Assembly (NCBI GenBank): GCA_964480525.1
Contig: CAYZOV010000005.1
Span: 4,963 to 68,962 of the forward strand
DNA: 64,000 nucleotides
From: an uncultured Ruminococcus sp.
Lineage (GTDB): Bacteria > Bacillota > Clostridia > Oscillospirales > Ruminococcaceae
Direction of reading: 5' to 3'
Of the stretch, positions 28,548 to 38,413 are shown in pieces. A model generated the notes under the pieces. It made no database searches and was not told where the DNA came from. It saw only the letters and a program-made list of their open reading frames with translations. The position numbers were made by a program, and so were the translations under genes. The stretch's first letter is position 1; each line of letters opens with the position of its first letter.

Positions 28548-30403
28548 TAAATGTACTCCTTAATGGTTTTCAACAGCTTTTCCTTGCTAAATCCAAGCTC
28601 GTCAAACGCCTCGTCAATAGTCATTTGCTTAACATAATCCTTAATTGCATAGCATTTAACATTGCCAAATTCACTTGCAAGCTTTTGACCAATAGAACCA
28701 TTGTAATAAGTTTCCTCAAAGAAAATGACTGTTTCATATTTTTTTATAATTTTCTTTACCTTGTCGTCAATCGGATAAATATTAACAAGCTTTAAAAGGT
28801 CGATTTTAGGCTCTGTTTCGTTAATTTCGCATACAGCGTCAAAAACATTATTATAAAGTCTGCCATAGGTAACCACCAACGTTTTTGCACCTGTGTTTTC
28901 GTGGTAAAAGCTTGTTCGTGGACGCTTGATTTCTCGAGTGGACTTTCCTCTCGGATAACGCACAGCCACAATTCCACTATCCTTATACACGGCATTATAC
29001 ATACATTTTCTAAGTTCGCCATAGCTTGACGGCGAATAAATTTTAACATTCGGAATAGTTGTCAAAAGCGAAATATCAAAAATTCCGTTGTGAGTTTCTC
29101 CGTCATCGCCCACAATACCTGCTCGGTCAACGCCTATCACAGCGTGAAGTCCACCGATAGAAATATCGTGTACCAACTGGTCAAAACCACGTTGTAAAAA
29201 CGTAGAATACACACAGAAAACAGGAATTTTGCCCATTGTCGCAAGTCCACCGCAAAAAGTAATGGCGTGTTCCTCGGCAATACCCACATCAAAAAATCGT
29301 TCGGGAAATGCCTTTGCGAAAAATTGCAAGCCCGTACCGTATTTCATCGCAGCAGTAACTGCACAAATTCTGTCGTCCTCTTTAGCAAAATTACATAGCT
29401 CGTTTCCGAAAGCTGACGAAAAGCTGTCAAGTGCCACAACATCAGGGTTTCCTGTTTCGATTTCAAACGAGCCTACCCCGTGAAACTCTCCCGGATTTGC
29501 TTCGGCAGGAGCATAGCCCTTTCCTTTCACGGTATTAACTGCCACAACAACAGGTCGCTTTTTAGCTTTGGCTGCTCGAAGTCCTTCTTCAAGCTCCTGC
29601 ATATTATGACCGTCAACAGGCCCTACAAATTCAAACCCCAAGTCCTCAAAAATTGTTGAGCTTAGAACTAAATTTTTAAATGCGTCCTTAGAATTTTTCA
29701 GCGTATGTTTAAGGGGAGTACCGATAATAGGCGTTTTGTCAAGAGTTTTTTGAACAATGTCCTTTGTTCTTAAATAGCTGTCCTTGTATCTTAATGACGA
29801 AAGATACTTCGCCATACCACCGACAGTTTTGGAAATTGACATATCGTTAATATTAAGCACCACAACTAAGTTTACGTCAGATTTCCCTGCATTATTAAGC
29901 CCCTCGTAAGCCATTCCACCCGTAAATGCACCGTCGCCCACAACAGCAATAGCATAATTTTTACTGCCGTTCATTTTCATAGCACTTGCTATTCCAAACG
30001 CTGACGAAACGGCTGTTGAGCTATGACCCGAAACTACTGCGTCGTGAACCGACTCGTAAGGCTTTGTAAATCCCGAAATTCCGTCCTTTTTTCTAAGTGT
30101 AGAAAATTCGCTATATCTTCCCGTTAGAATTTTATGAGTATACGCTTGATGACCAACGTCAAAAATAATCTTGTCGTCAGGCGAATTGAAAATTCTGTGC
30201 AGAGCAAGTGTAAGCTCGACAGTACCCAAATTAGACGAAAGATGTCCACCGTTTACCGAAACGGTTTCAATAAGAACCTTTCGGATATTTTCGCAAAGCT
30301 TTTCACATTGGTTATAACTAAGCTTTTTCAAATCCTTAGGCAAATCCATTTTATCAAGCGAAACAGGAACAACCCTTTTTCTATTGTTGTTATTGTCCTT
30401 CAT
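28547..30403 (-). CDS. dxs: 1-deoxy-D-xylulose-5-phosphate synthase
   Basis: 618 aa. GHSSTAVS and GDGAFTGGMAYEGLNNAG ThDP motif. Confidence 0.96.
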   Translation of the reverse strand: MKDNNNNRKRVVPVSLDKMDLPKDLKKLSYNQCEKLCENIRKVLIETVSVNGGHLSSNLGTVELTLALHRIFNSPDDKIIFDVGHQAYTHKILTGRYSEFSTLRKKDGISGFTKPYESVHDAVVSGHSSTAVSSAFGIASAMKMNGSKNYAIAVVGDGAFTGGMAYEGLNNAGKSDVNLVVVLNINDMSISKTVGGMAKYLSSLRYKDSYLRTKDIVQKTLDKTPIIGTPLKHTLKNSKDAFKNLVLSSTIFEDLGFEFVGPVDGHNMQELEEGLRAAKAKKRPVVVAVNTVKGKGYAPAEANPGEFHGVGSFEIETGNPDVVALDSFSSAFGNELCNFAKEDDRICAVTAAMKYGTGLQFFAKAFPERFFDVGIAEEHAITFCGGLATMGKIPVFCVYSTFLQRGFDQLVHDISIGGLHAVIGVDRAGIVGDDGETHNGIFDISLLTTIPNVKIYSPSSYGELRKCMYNAVYKDSGIVAVRYPRGKSTREIKRPRTSFYHENTGAKTLVVTYGRLYNNVFDAVCEINETEPKIDLLKLVNIYPIDDKVKKIIKKYETVIFFEETYYNGSIGQKLASEFGNVKCYAIKDYVKQMTIDEAFDELGFSKEKLLKTIKEYI

Positions 30404-30418
30404 TTCTAAAACTCCCGA

Positions 30419-31309
30419 TTAGTTTTTTCTGGCAAGCAGATATTCCGTAAGCTCTTTTAAGTAAGCTGTATTTTCAAAATTCTCTAATACCTTAATTGCG
30501 TCATTTGTAAGCTGTGACGAAATTTCTTTTGATTTTTCAAGTCCCAAAAGGGTTACATAGGTTGATTTTTCACTATTTTCGTCCTTGCCGATTGTCTTGC
30601 CCATTTCCTCAAAACTACCCTCAACGTCCAAAATATCATCAACAATTTGGAAAGCTCGTCCGATTAAATCGGCATATTCATTAGCATAACCGATTAAATC
30701 TTCACGGTCAGCAAGCACGCAGCCCATTTGGCACGACGCCTCAATCAATGCACCTGTTTTTAGCGACTGCAAAGTGTTCAGCTCATCAAGTGAAATCTTT
30801 CGTTTTTCGCTTTCTATGTCAACAACCTGTCCACCAATCATTCCGCCTACTCCCACAGCAGAAGAAATAATTTTAATAAGCTTTACAGCCTTTTCAAAAG
30901 AAATTACGCCCTCAAGTGCATAGTTTGAAATTATTTCAAACGGCAATGTATTAAGTGCGTCCCCTGCCAAAAGTGCGATACTTTCGGGGAATTTTTTGTG
31001 ACAAGACGGTCTGCCACGGCGAAAATCGTCATTATCCATACAAGGCAGGTCATCGTGAATGAGAGAAAATGTGTGTATCATTTCAATACAGCACGCAATG
31101 TCCACATACTTTTTATATTCCCCACCACAAATTCGGCAAAACTCAAGCACAAGCATTGGGCGTATTCTTTTGCCACCTGCACAAAGAGAATACTCCATAG
31201 CCTCGCAAATAATTTCTCTGAGCTGTGGTCGTTTATCGCATATTTTTTCAAGAGAATTGTTAATCATCTCTCGGTATTCGTCAAAAAACAATTTATTTTC
31301 ATTAGTCAT
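30419..31309 (-). CDS. ispA: (2E,6E)-farnesyl diphosphate synthase / polyprenyl synthetase
   Basis: 296 aa. DDLPCMDNDDFRRG (FARM) and FQIVDDILD (SARM). Confidence 0.92.
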   Translation of the reverse strand: MTNENKLFFDEYREMINNSLEKICDKRPQLREIICEAMEYSLCAGGKRIRPMLVLEFCRICGGEYKKYVDIACCIEMIHTFSLIHDDLPCMDNDDFRRGRPSCHKKFPESIALLAGDALNTLPFEIISNYALEGVISFEKAVKLIKIISSAVGVGGMIGGQVVDIESEKRKISLDELNTLQSLKTGALIEASCQMGCVLADREDLIGYANEYADLIGRAFQIVDDILDVEGSFEEMGKTIGKDENSEKSTYVTLLGLEKSKEISSQLTNDAIKVLENFENTAYLKELTEYLLARKN

Positions 31310-31327
31310 TTAAAATGCACCTAGCCT

Positions 31328-31516
31328 TTAAATATCATTTTTCTCAATTATTTCAACCTCAAGCTTAGCCTTTTCAAGCTGTTTTTTACAATCCACCGAC
31401 AGCTCGACAGCCTCCTTGTACAAATCAAGCGACTGGGAAAGCTCCACTTCGCCACCTTCTAGGATTTTAATAATTTCCTGTAATCTATCAAGTGATTTTT
31501 CAAAAGTCATAGTCAA
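31328..31516 (-). CDS. xseB: Exodeoxyribonuclease VII small subunit
   Basis: 62 aa. FEKSLDRLQEII..LE.G...L..SL..Y.E pattern, located immediately after xseA. Confidence 0.9.
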   Translation of the reverse strand: MTMTFEKSLDRLQEIIKILEGGEVELSQSLDLYKEAVELSVDCKKQLEKAKLEVEIIEKNDI

Positions 31517-31525
31517 AAACCTCTG

Positions 31526-32722
31526 TTAATCTACAATTTTTTTAATTTCTGCCTCAGCCTGTCCGTTTAAAAATCGAATGTTAATCTTATCACCAACGGA
31601 AATCTCGGCTGAATTTTTTACTGCGTTATCGTTTTTAGAAACAACGCTGTACCCACGTTCCATAACCGAAAAAGGATTTAACACCGAAAGCTTTGAGGCA
31701 TTTACGGTGAGAGCTTTGTCAAGCCTTTGGAAATTTTGCTCGAATGCGTTTTTTACATTTCTCATCGCCTTGTCAAGCTTTGAAATGTCGTTATCTATTC
31801 GACTTTTCGGGGAAAAAGCATTTATTTTGCCGTCAAAACCAAGCACTTGTTTTTCACAGCTTGAAATTTTCTTTTCCGTTAAAAGTTTGATATATGAAAC
31901 ATATTTATCAATATTTGAAATAGTTGTCCACATATCAGGCACAGCTATTTCTGCCGCAGCAGACGGTGTAGGCACTCTCAAATCGGCTGCGTAGTCCGTC
32001 AAGGTTGTGTCGGTCTGGTGACCCACAGCCGAAATAACAGGCGTGGAGCAATCATACACAGCCATCACCACTTTTTCGGTATTAAACGCACCCAAATCCT
32101 CTGCCGAACCTCCACCACGAGCGAGAATAATTGTGTCTGCATTAGCTTTGTCGGCTCTGAATAACGCCTTTGCAATCATTTCGGGAGCGTCACCCCCCTG
32201 CACAAGTGTCGGAAAAACCTTAACCTTGCACACAGGACAACGTCTTGAAATAACATTTATAATATCCTGCAACGCTGCCCCCGACGATGAAGTCACCACA
32301 GCGATTTTCTTCGGATTTTTTGAAATATTTCTTTTAATGCTAGGGTCAAAAACCCCCATTTTTTCAAGCTTTTGCTTTAGCTCGTCAAAAGAATTTTTAA
32401 CCACACCAATTCCTATCGGTTGCATATCCGTTACAACAAGCTGGTACACTCCGTCACGCTCGTAAACGTCAACGTTTCCAAACGCAACAACACTCATTCC
32501 CTCGGACAAATCAAATTTGATTTTTCCGGCATTTGCAGAAAACATAACAGCCTTAACAATGCCCTCCTCGTCCTTGAGGGAAAAATATATATGCCCCGAA
32601 CTATAATTTGCTCTTAAATTTGAAATTTCGCCTTTAACAGCTACCCCGTGAAGCTTTGTATCAGATTTGATTTTAAAGCCCACATATCTGTTAAGCTGAG
32701 ATACTGTGAGAATTGAACTCAT
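31526..32722 (-). CDS. xseA: Exodeoxyribonuclease VII large subunit
   Basis: 398 aa. OB-fold N-terminus (SQLNRYV...GEISN), RGGGS.EDL motif, GHQTD. Confidence 0.94.
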   Translation of the reverse strand: MSSILTVSQLNRYVGFKIKSDTKLHGVAVKGEISNLRANYSSGHIYFSLKDEEGIVKAVMFSANAGKIKFDLSEGMSVVAFGNVDVYERDGVYQLVVTDMQPIGIGVVKNSFDELKQKLEKMGVFDPSIKRNISKNPKKIAVVTSSSGAALQDIINVISRRCPVCKVKVFPTLVQGGDAPEMIAKALFRADKANADTIILARGGGSAEDLGAFNTEKVVMAVYDCSTPVISAVGHQTDTTLTDYAADLRVPTPSAAAEIAVPDMWTTISNIDKYVSYIKLLTEKKISSCEKQVLGFDGKINAFSPKSRIDNDISKLDKAMRNVKNAFEQNFQRLDKALTVNASKLSVLNPFSVMERGYSVVSKNDNAVKNSAEISVGDKINIRFLNGQAEAEIKKIVD

Positions 32723-33660
32723 ACTAACCCCTTTTTAATTGCTGAAAAAATTGCGACACCTACTGCGTTATCACAGGAAAACTCCGGCTCGGCAAAATTT
32801 CCGCCAAATTCCTCAAAAAGCTTGTCGGCGATAATTTTGTCGGACATAACGCCACCTGCAAACACAAGCTCAAGTTTTCCGTACTTTTCAAATGCCGAAA
32901 TTATCATTCCACGAACAGCACTATAAACATATTCAAGTGCAAAACGGCTTATATCCTCTTTAGTTTCGCCATTTGCGTACATTTTTTTAAAAATATTTTC
33001 CCCACCCGACAAGCAACAATTCATTCCTTTGATGGTAGGTCTGATTTTAAAATTCTTTTCACTTTTTGTCGCAAGCTGTTCAATTTCTTTACCGCAAGGA
33101 AACGAAAGCCCCATCATAACACCTGCTCGGTCGATAAGCTGGCCTGCTTTAAGGTCAAGTGACGTGCCTATTTCTTCGATTTTAACAACCTCGTCCTTGT
33201 CGCCCCTGCAAAGTAGCATATCGGTTGTTCCACCACTTATATGAAAAGCAATAAACGGTTTATCCGAATTTAAAAGCGATAGTTTATCGCAGGAATAAAG
33301 AGCCGACAAAATATGCCCTACCTGATGAGAGGTCTTGAACATTTCAACACCCGAAACAGAAACTATTCCACTTGCAATACTTTGTCCAACAAGAAAGCAC
33401 GGCATATACGAGCCGTCAATCCATCTGGGCTTTATAGACACGCCAACGGCACAAATATCCTTACACTCGTCCTTTACGCCCTCGACAATTTCGCTAAACT
33501 GTTTAGTATGATGAAAAACAGCGTCCGATTGGCGAAGTCCAAGTTCGCCGTTTTTTACAGGCAAAAGCCTTTTACTTTGATAGACTTTGCGACTTTCACA
33601 ATCAAAGACAGCACACGAAGTTGTATAGTTACTGGTATCTATGCCAAAGGTTCTACTCAT
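32719..33660 (-). CDS. TsaD/Kae1 (peptidase M22, ASKHA-fold) paralogue of unknown function
   Basis: 313 aa. GIDTSNYTTS (compare GIETSCDET), HQVGH metal motif, HISGGTTD, LVFAGGV, SCDNAVGVA. Start at MSRTFG has a GAGGA RBS and overlaps the nusB stop by 8 nt. Confidence 0.7.
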   Translation of the reverse strand: MSRTFGIDTSNYTTSCAVFDCESRKVYQSKRLLPVKNGELGLRQSDAVFHHTKQFSEIVEGVKDECKDICAVGVSIKPRWIDGSYMPCFLVGQSIASGIVSVSGVEMFKTSHQVGHILSALYSCDKLSLLNSDKPFIAFHISGGTTDMLLCRGDKDEVVKIEEIGTSLDLKAGQLIDRAGVMMGLSFPCGKEIEQLATKSEKNFKIRPTIKGMNCCLSGGENIFKKMYANGETKEDISRFALEYVYSAVRGMIISAFEKYGKLELVFAGGVMSDKIIADKLFEEFGGNFAEPEFSCDNAVGVAIFSAIKKGLV

Positions 33661-34078
33661 TTTCTTCCTCAAGACTTCTGGCGTAGGCGCCGAGTATTCC
33701 GTTTACAAATGACACGTCTGCTTTTTGAGCATATTTTTTTGTTATAATTACAGCTTCGCTGACAGCAACATTAACAGGCACTTTTTCTTCAAAAATAGCC
33801 TCATAAAGAGCAAGTCGCAGAACTGCAAGATTTATTTTCGGGATTCTGTCAAATGTACGTTTATCACTAAATTTTGTGATAATTGGGTCGATAATTTCAA
33901 GATTTGAATACACGCCTTTTACAATATTTTTCACATCTTCGTTAAGTACAATTTCTTTTTCGTCGTCCATTGTATTTAAAGCGTCGTCAAAAATAACGTC
34001 TATATCATCATCTCTAAAACTTTTTTCAAAAATAACAACAAATGCAGATTCCCTAATAGCACTTCTCGGAATATTCAC
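33653..34078 (-). CDS. nusB: Transcription antitermination factor NusB
   Basis: 141 aa. R...R..A...L...., AVLRLALYE, E.V.I.K.Y pattern. Confidence 0.92.
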   Translation of the reverse strand: MNIPRSAIRESAFVVIFEKSFRDDDIDVIFDDALNTMDDEKEIVLNEDVKNIVKGVYSNLEIIDPIITKFSDKRTFDRIPKINLAVLRLALYEAIFEEKVPVNVAVSEAVIITKKYAQKADVSFVNGILGAYARSLEEENE

Positions 34079-34160
34079 TAAAACACATCCTTATTCTTTT
34101 TTTCTTTACAACAAACACCTCAAGCCCTCAAAGTAAAACACTTCAAAGGCTTAGAGAAAA

Positions 34161-34508
34161 TTATTCAAAAACAATATCAGCGACAACCACGTTTACTCTT
34201 GATACAGCTATGCCTGTCATAGACTGCACCGAACTTTTTACATTTGCCTGAACACTTTCGGCAACGCTAACAGCCTTGCTTCCGCCTTTGATGATAATTT
34301 TCAGAGTTATTTCAACAACGTCCTCATTAAGTTTGATAGAAACATCTCCGACATCTTCTTTTTTTACAAACAAATCTTTAATTGTTTTTTTAGACGGAAC
34401 AATTGCATAAACACCGTCTGTTTCATTAACGGAGTTTTTTACAATCGAAGCAATAACATCTTCGCTAATTCTGAGCGCACCCGGTATGCTCTTTTTTACA
34501 TCAGCCAT
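34161..34508 (-). CDS. Asp23/Gls24-family alkaline shock protein
   Basis: 115 aa. ISEDVIASI....V....GV pattern; conserved position upstream of nusB (B. subtilis yqhY). Confidence 0.88.
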   Translation of the reverse strand: MADVKKSIPGALRISEDVIASIVKNSVNETDGVYAIVPSKKTIKDLFVKKEDVGDVSIKLNEDVVEITLKIIIKGGSKAVSVAESVQANVKSSVQSMTGIAVSRVNVVVADIVFE

Positions 34509-34586
34509 AAAATTTACCTCCTAATAGATAAGCTATTTTCACATTTCAAAACACATACACAAAAATAGCTATACATAGTCAAGTAT

Positions 34587-34615
34587 ATTATAACACCTTT
34601 TTCAAAAAAGCACAA
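34587..34615 (-). promoter_or_regulatory. asp23-nusB promoter
   Basis: TTGTGC, 17 nt, TGtTATAAT extended -10. Confidence 0.45.
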
Positions 34616-34627
34616 CCCTTTTTTTGA

Positions 34628-35164
34628 TTATTTTACATCATAAATACGAATATTTTCATTTTCGACGTCCACTTCGCTTAAAAGAATATCTTTAATCTGC
34701 GCCGCTTGGCTGGCAACCAACCCGTCTGATTTAACGACAATATTTGCATTTTGACCGTCTAAGTAAACAACGCAGTCCTCAAATCCTGCGGCTTTTATCA
34801 GACTTTCAACCTGATTTTCGCTTTCAATCAACGCAGACAGCGAAACGGCTTTTTCCGTTGCCACTTCTTGTTCTTCGGCTGTTGAATCTCCCCCCGACAT
34901 AATCGTTTGCAAAGTTTCGATTGATTCGTCACGGGAATTCATTTTGTCAAGTCTTGCCTGTGCGAAATAATCTTCGGTTTTGCTGTCAACAAGCTGAGAT
35001 TCACCGTAATTAACCGAAACACCGCCGTTGACTTTTTCTGTTGCTTTAATTTTACCGTCATCAAGGGATAACGTGTAATTTGCATAAATCGCAAGTCCTA
35101 AAGCAAGAGTTAATCCTGCAAGAATAATCTGTTTTTTACCGATAATAATATTTGGCATTTTCAT
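34628..35164 (-). CDS. spoIIIAH: Stage III sporulation protein AH
   Basis: 178 aa. N-terminal TM segment, YscJ/FliF-like C-terminal domain, last gene of the 8-gene spoIIIA cluster. Confidence 0.85.
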   Translation of the reverse strand: MKMPNIIIGKKQIILAGLTLALGLAIYANYTLSLDDGKIKATEKVNGGVSVNYGESQLVDSKTEDYFAQARLDKMNSRDESIETLQTIMSGGDSTAEEQEVATEKAVSLSALIESENQVESLIKAAGFEDCVVYLDGQNANIVVKSDGLVASQAAQIKDILLSEVDVENENIRIYDVK

Positions 35165-35185
35165 CTGACTGGCTTCCTTTCTTAG

Positions 35186-35731
35186 TTAATAATCTTTCAA
35201 CGGCGCAACACACACGCCCGTAGAAGAAATATCAAGAACAGTTGATACCGTTCTGATAATACGTTCCGTCACTTTAACATCATCACCTCCCTCGCATACA
35301 ACTGCAACGCCGCTGATTTTGGGCGTATTTATTTTCTTGACAAGCGCCTCCTTTTTTCCGTTGTTATCAATCAAAACATATTGGTTTTTATAACTTGACG
35401 ACGAATCGTTACTGTCTTTAACCAATTCTTGGGCATATTCATATTCCGTTGTACCCTCGATAGTCACCATTACTTTGACTTCGCCCACACCTGATATTTC
35501 CGAAAGTATTCTGCAAAGTTCGTCCTCTATTTGCTTTTTATAATCGCTTGTATCTTTGTCAATACTCACCGTCGCAGAGGTTTGGGAAGCCTCGTTGTCG
35601 TTTTCAAAAAAAGTCGATATAAAAATCAATAATATTCCGATTATTCCGATTAAAAATATCAGATTAAGCCTATTCTTTTTATCAAACAAGCCTTTTAATT
35701 TATCAATAATTCTATCTGTATTATTCTTCAT
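35186..35731 (-). CDS. spoIIIAG: Stage III sporulation protein AG
   Basis: 181 aa. N-terminal TM segment, ..P.I.GV.VV..GG... C-terminal ring-forming motif, conserved position. Confidence 0.85.
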   Translation of the reverse strand: MKNNTDRIIDKLKGLFDKKNRLNLIFLIGIIGILLIFISTFFENDNEASQTSATVSIDKDTSDYKKQIEDELCRILSEISGVGEVKVMVTIEGTTEYEYAQELVKDSNDSSSSYKNQYVLIDNNGKKEALVKKINTPKISGVAVVCEGGDDVKVTERIIRTVSTVLDISSTGVCVAPLKDY

Positions 35732-36194
35732 ATTTTACAAACTCCAAATTTATTTGTTCGCCTAACAAATCTTTTATAATTTTTTCAGCTTCGATTTTGT
35801 CCGATTCTTTAACCGAAATGGTTATATTTTTAATTTCTAAATAATTATATTCATCAAAAAAAGTTTCTATGACTATATCTTTGTATGTTAAACCGTTTTT
35901 GTCAAAATAGATTTTAAGGTTCTTTTCGGCGGTTTCTTCAATTTCGGTTACATACGCTTGCTGAATACTTTTGGACAAATCCTCGCTTGATTCCATTGTT
36001 TGCATTGTCAAATCGTCAAACGAAAAATCAAACTGGATTTTGGTTAAAATTGAAATCATACTTACAAGCATGACAAGTGACATTACATTTTTAAAACTTT
36101 TGTAAATATTTTGATTGGGCAAAATATTTTTCAAAACAAAGAACGCTATTCCAAGCATACACCCCACGAAAACCGCAGTTTTTATTTCGTTCAA
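35721..36194 (-). CDS. spoIIIAF: Stage III sporulation protein AF
   Basis: 157 aa. Two N-terminal TM segments; position within the operon. Confidence 0.8.
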   Translation of the reverse strand: MNEIKTAVFVGCMLGIAFFVLKNILPNQNIYKSFKNVMSLVMLVSMISILTKIQFDFSFDDLTMQTMESSEDLSKSIQQAYVTEIEETAEKNLKIYFDKNGLTYKDIVIETFFDEYNYLEIKNITISVKESDKIEAEKIIKDLLGEQINLEFVKYEE

Positions 36195-36205
36195 AACATC
36201 ACACC

Positions 36206-37339
36206 CTAAATTGAATTATTACATATAATCATCAACAACGCAGTTGAAATTATAAAAGATATACTTATACTGATTATGGTACTTAAACATATGGACATCA
36301 AAGACGAAATGTTTGACATAAACGAAGCCATTGCTTTTTCGTCGAGCATTTCAGATACAATTTCACAAAGATAGACCGCCATTTTCATTACCAAAATCGC
36401 AATTATCGGCTTGACAGCAAGAAACAGAATAACAACTATTCCGACGGAACCTATTCCCGAACGAATTATGCCTAAACTTGATTTTAACGTTAAATACGTT
36501 TCAGACACCGCACCCCCGATAAAAGGAACGAAAGTTGACACAGCATATTTTGCCGTTTTTGTAGCAACCGTATCAGACGAAACCCCTATTACACTTTGAA
36601 TACTCAAAACCGCCACAACAACAGTCATAAGCACCCCCAGAATCCATTGAATTATCTTTTTAATTCCGTTTATGACTTTTCCAAATGCCATTTCTTCGTT
36701 TATCGCCCCCACAATGGAAAAGCAAAGTGCATAACTCATAACCGGCAGAATTATGTTATTTGATAAGTACGCTATAATCTGACAAATGCTGAACATTGTC
36801 ACATTATAGGCTGTTCCCGACAGAGCATTGCCACTTGTTATAATAACGCTGGAATACACGGGAATATAGCAATTCATAAACGTACTCATACATTCCAATG
36901 TGTTTACCACAGACGAAATGCACTCCTGAAAAGATGTTGTCAAAACAGTAGCACAGCATATCACAGAAATATATGAAAAGTTTTCTGTACAGCCACCCTT
37001 AGTCGGCACAAAATTTTTAACAACCGAACAAAGAATAATTACAGCAACCATTTTCGCCGTCAGTTTACCGATACCGCCGATATTAAGCCTTAATATTGAA
37101 AGTATTTTATCTAAAATATCTTCTGTTTTAATATTGGAAAACGTAGAAAAATCGTATATATCTATGTTTTCTTCTTCCAGTTCAGCGACAATTTCGCCGT
37201 CTATTCCCTGTTCAATTTTTTGAGAAAGTTCGTCTTGAATCTGTTGTAGTTGTTCATTTTCATCATTTTCGGCAAACACCGAAAAAGACGAAAAAAATAT
37301 AACCGCAACCAACGACATTAACCCAACAATCTTTTTCAC
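36206..37339 (-). CDS. spoIIIAE: Stage III sporulation protein AE
   Basis: 377 aa. Signal peptide plus about 7 TM segments; position and size typical. Confidence 0.88.
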   Translation of the reverse strand: MKKIVGLMSLVAVIFFSSFSVFAENDENEQLQQIQDELSQKIEQGIDGEIVAELEEENIDIYDFSTFSNIKTEDILDKILSILRLNIGGIGKLTAKMVAVIILCSVVKNFVPTKGGCTENFSYISVICCATVLTTSFQECISSVVNTLECMSTFMNCYIPVYSSVIITSGNALSGTAYNVTMFSICQIIAYLSNNIILPVMSYALCFSIVGAINEEMAFGKVINGIKKIIQWILGVLMTVVVAVLSIQSVIGVSSDTVATKTAKYAVSTFVPFIGGAVSETYLTLKSSLGIIRSGIGSVGIVVILFLAVKPIIAILVMKMAVYLCEIVSEMLDEKAMASFMSNISSLMSICLSTIISISISFIISTALLMIICNNSI

Positions 37340-37341
37340 GT

Positions 37342-37731
37342 CTATATCAATATCCCTTCAATAATTGTCACCAAAGCGTTTATTATCGGCAAAGTAATTG
37401 ACATAACAGAGATTTTGCCTGCTAATTCAACCACATTTGCAAGGCTGTTTTCTCCGCAATCTTTACAAGTATCTACACCGATTTGCGTAATGTAACATAT
37501 CCCTGCGGATTTAAAAAGTATTTCCATATACTCATGCGAAAGTTCGGCTTTTGAAAACAGGTCGGTTACGGTATTGTTTATCTGCGATATTTTCCCGATA
37601 ATCACTAGCATTACCACAACAACGCCAACAAGGGAAATACCCACGGCAATTTCTTTGGTGTTTTTCTCAACGATTTTACACAAAATTGACGCCGTTATAC
37701 ACAGTCCAACTATCAACACTATGTTCATCAT
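37342..37731 (-). CDS. spoIIIAD: Stage III sporulation protein AD
   Basis: 129 aa, 4 TM segments. Overlaps the spoIIIAC stop (ATGA). Confidence 0.85.
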   Translation of the reverse strand: MMNIVLIVGLCITASILCKIVEKNTKEIAVGISLVGVVVVMLVIIGKISQINNTVTDLFSKAELSHEYMEILFKSAGICYITQIGVDTCKDCGENSLANVVELAGKISVMSITLPIINALVTIIEGILI

Positions 37732-37925
37732 AACAACCCAAACGTCTGCTTAATGCTTTCAAAAAGAACGCCTATTTCCTTGACAATAATCATAAGTACC
37801 ACAATCAAACCCGCAAGTGTAGTCATCATTGCCTGTTCATCTCTTTCCGCTCTTTTTAAAAGTTGGTTTAACACAGCAACAATTATTCCGATACCCGCAA
37901 TTTTAAATATTAAATCTACTTCCAT
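37728..37925 (-). CDS. spoIIIAC: Stage III sporulation protein AC
   Basis: 65 aa, 2 TM segments; IFKIAGIGIIVAVLNQLL pattern. Confidence 0.85.
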   Translation of the reverse strand: MEVDLIFKIAGIGIIVAVLNQLLKRAERDEQAMMTTLAGLIVVLMIIVKEIGVLFESIKQTFGLL

Positions 37926-37940
37926 ATTTTTTCTCCGTTA

Positions 37941-38393
37941 TCAAATTAGAATTAAGCATATAAAAATACCGCTAAGTATACCTGAAGTACGATAAAGCTT
38001 GCATTTGTTACTTTTTTCGTTTTTCAGTTCATCATAACTTTCCGCAAAAAAACTTTTTACAATCTGAAGATACCTTAATTGCCCTTGTAAATCGGTTAAA
38101 CCGAATTGATTATAAAAATCAGACAACATTTCTTTTTCTTTTTGAGAAAGCAGGCTTTCTGAAAGATTTGTATTATCAAAAATTTCATACTGGGGTTTTA
38201 TAAAAATCTTTTTAAATATTTCTTCTTTGGTCAGCACACCATACTCCAGTAGAATTTGCATTTCTTCAAGCATTTTAATAACATTTCTAAGCATAACGCA
38301 ATGAGTTTCTACATTTGAAGCATATTTAAACCCCAATGCCGTCGTGCAAATAATCACACCCAAAAATCCCGCAATTTTTATCATTATCTTCAC
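37941..38393 (-). CDS. spoIIIAB: Stage III sporulation protein AB
   Basis: 150 aa. N- and C-terminal TM segments with a GspF-like helical core; position. Confidence 0.8.
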   Translation of the reverse strand: MKIMIKIAGFLGVIICTTALGFKYASNVETHCVMLRNVIKMLEEMQILLEYGVLTKEEIFKKIFIKPQYEIFDNTNLSESLLSQKEKEMLSDFYNQFGLTDLQGQLRYLQIVKSFFAESYDELKNEKSNKCKLYRTSGILSGIFICLILI

Positions 38394-38413
38394 TATCTTT
38401 CTGTAAAAGTTTT

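Noticed and set aside
34079-34160. Hairpin-like sequence between asp23 and nusB (AAGCCCTCAAAG...CTTCAAAGGCTT).
   Set aside because: The arms are only partially complementary (about 9 of 13 positions) and no U-run follows. It is probably not a terminator or attenuator.
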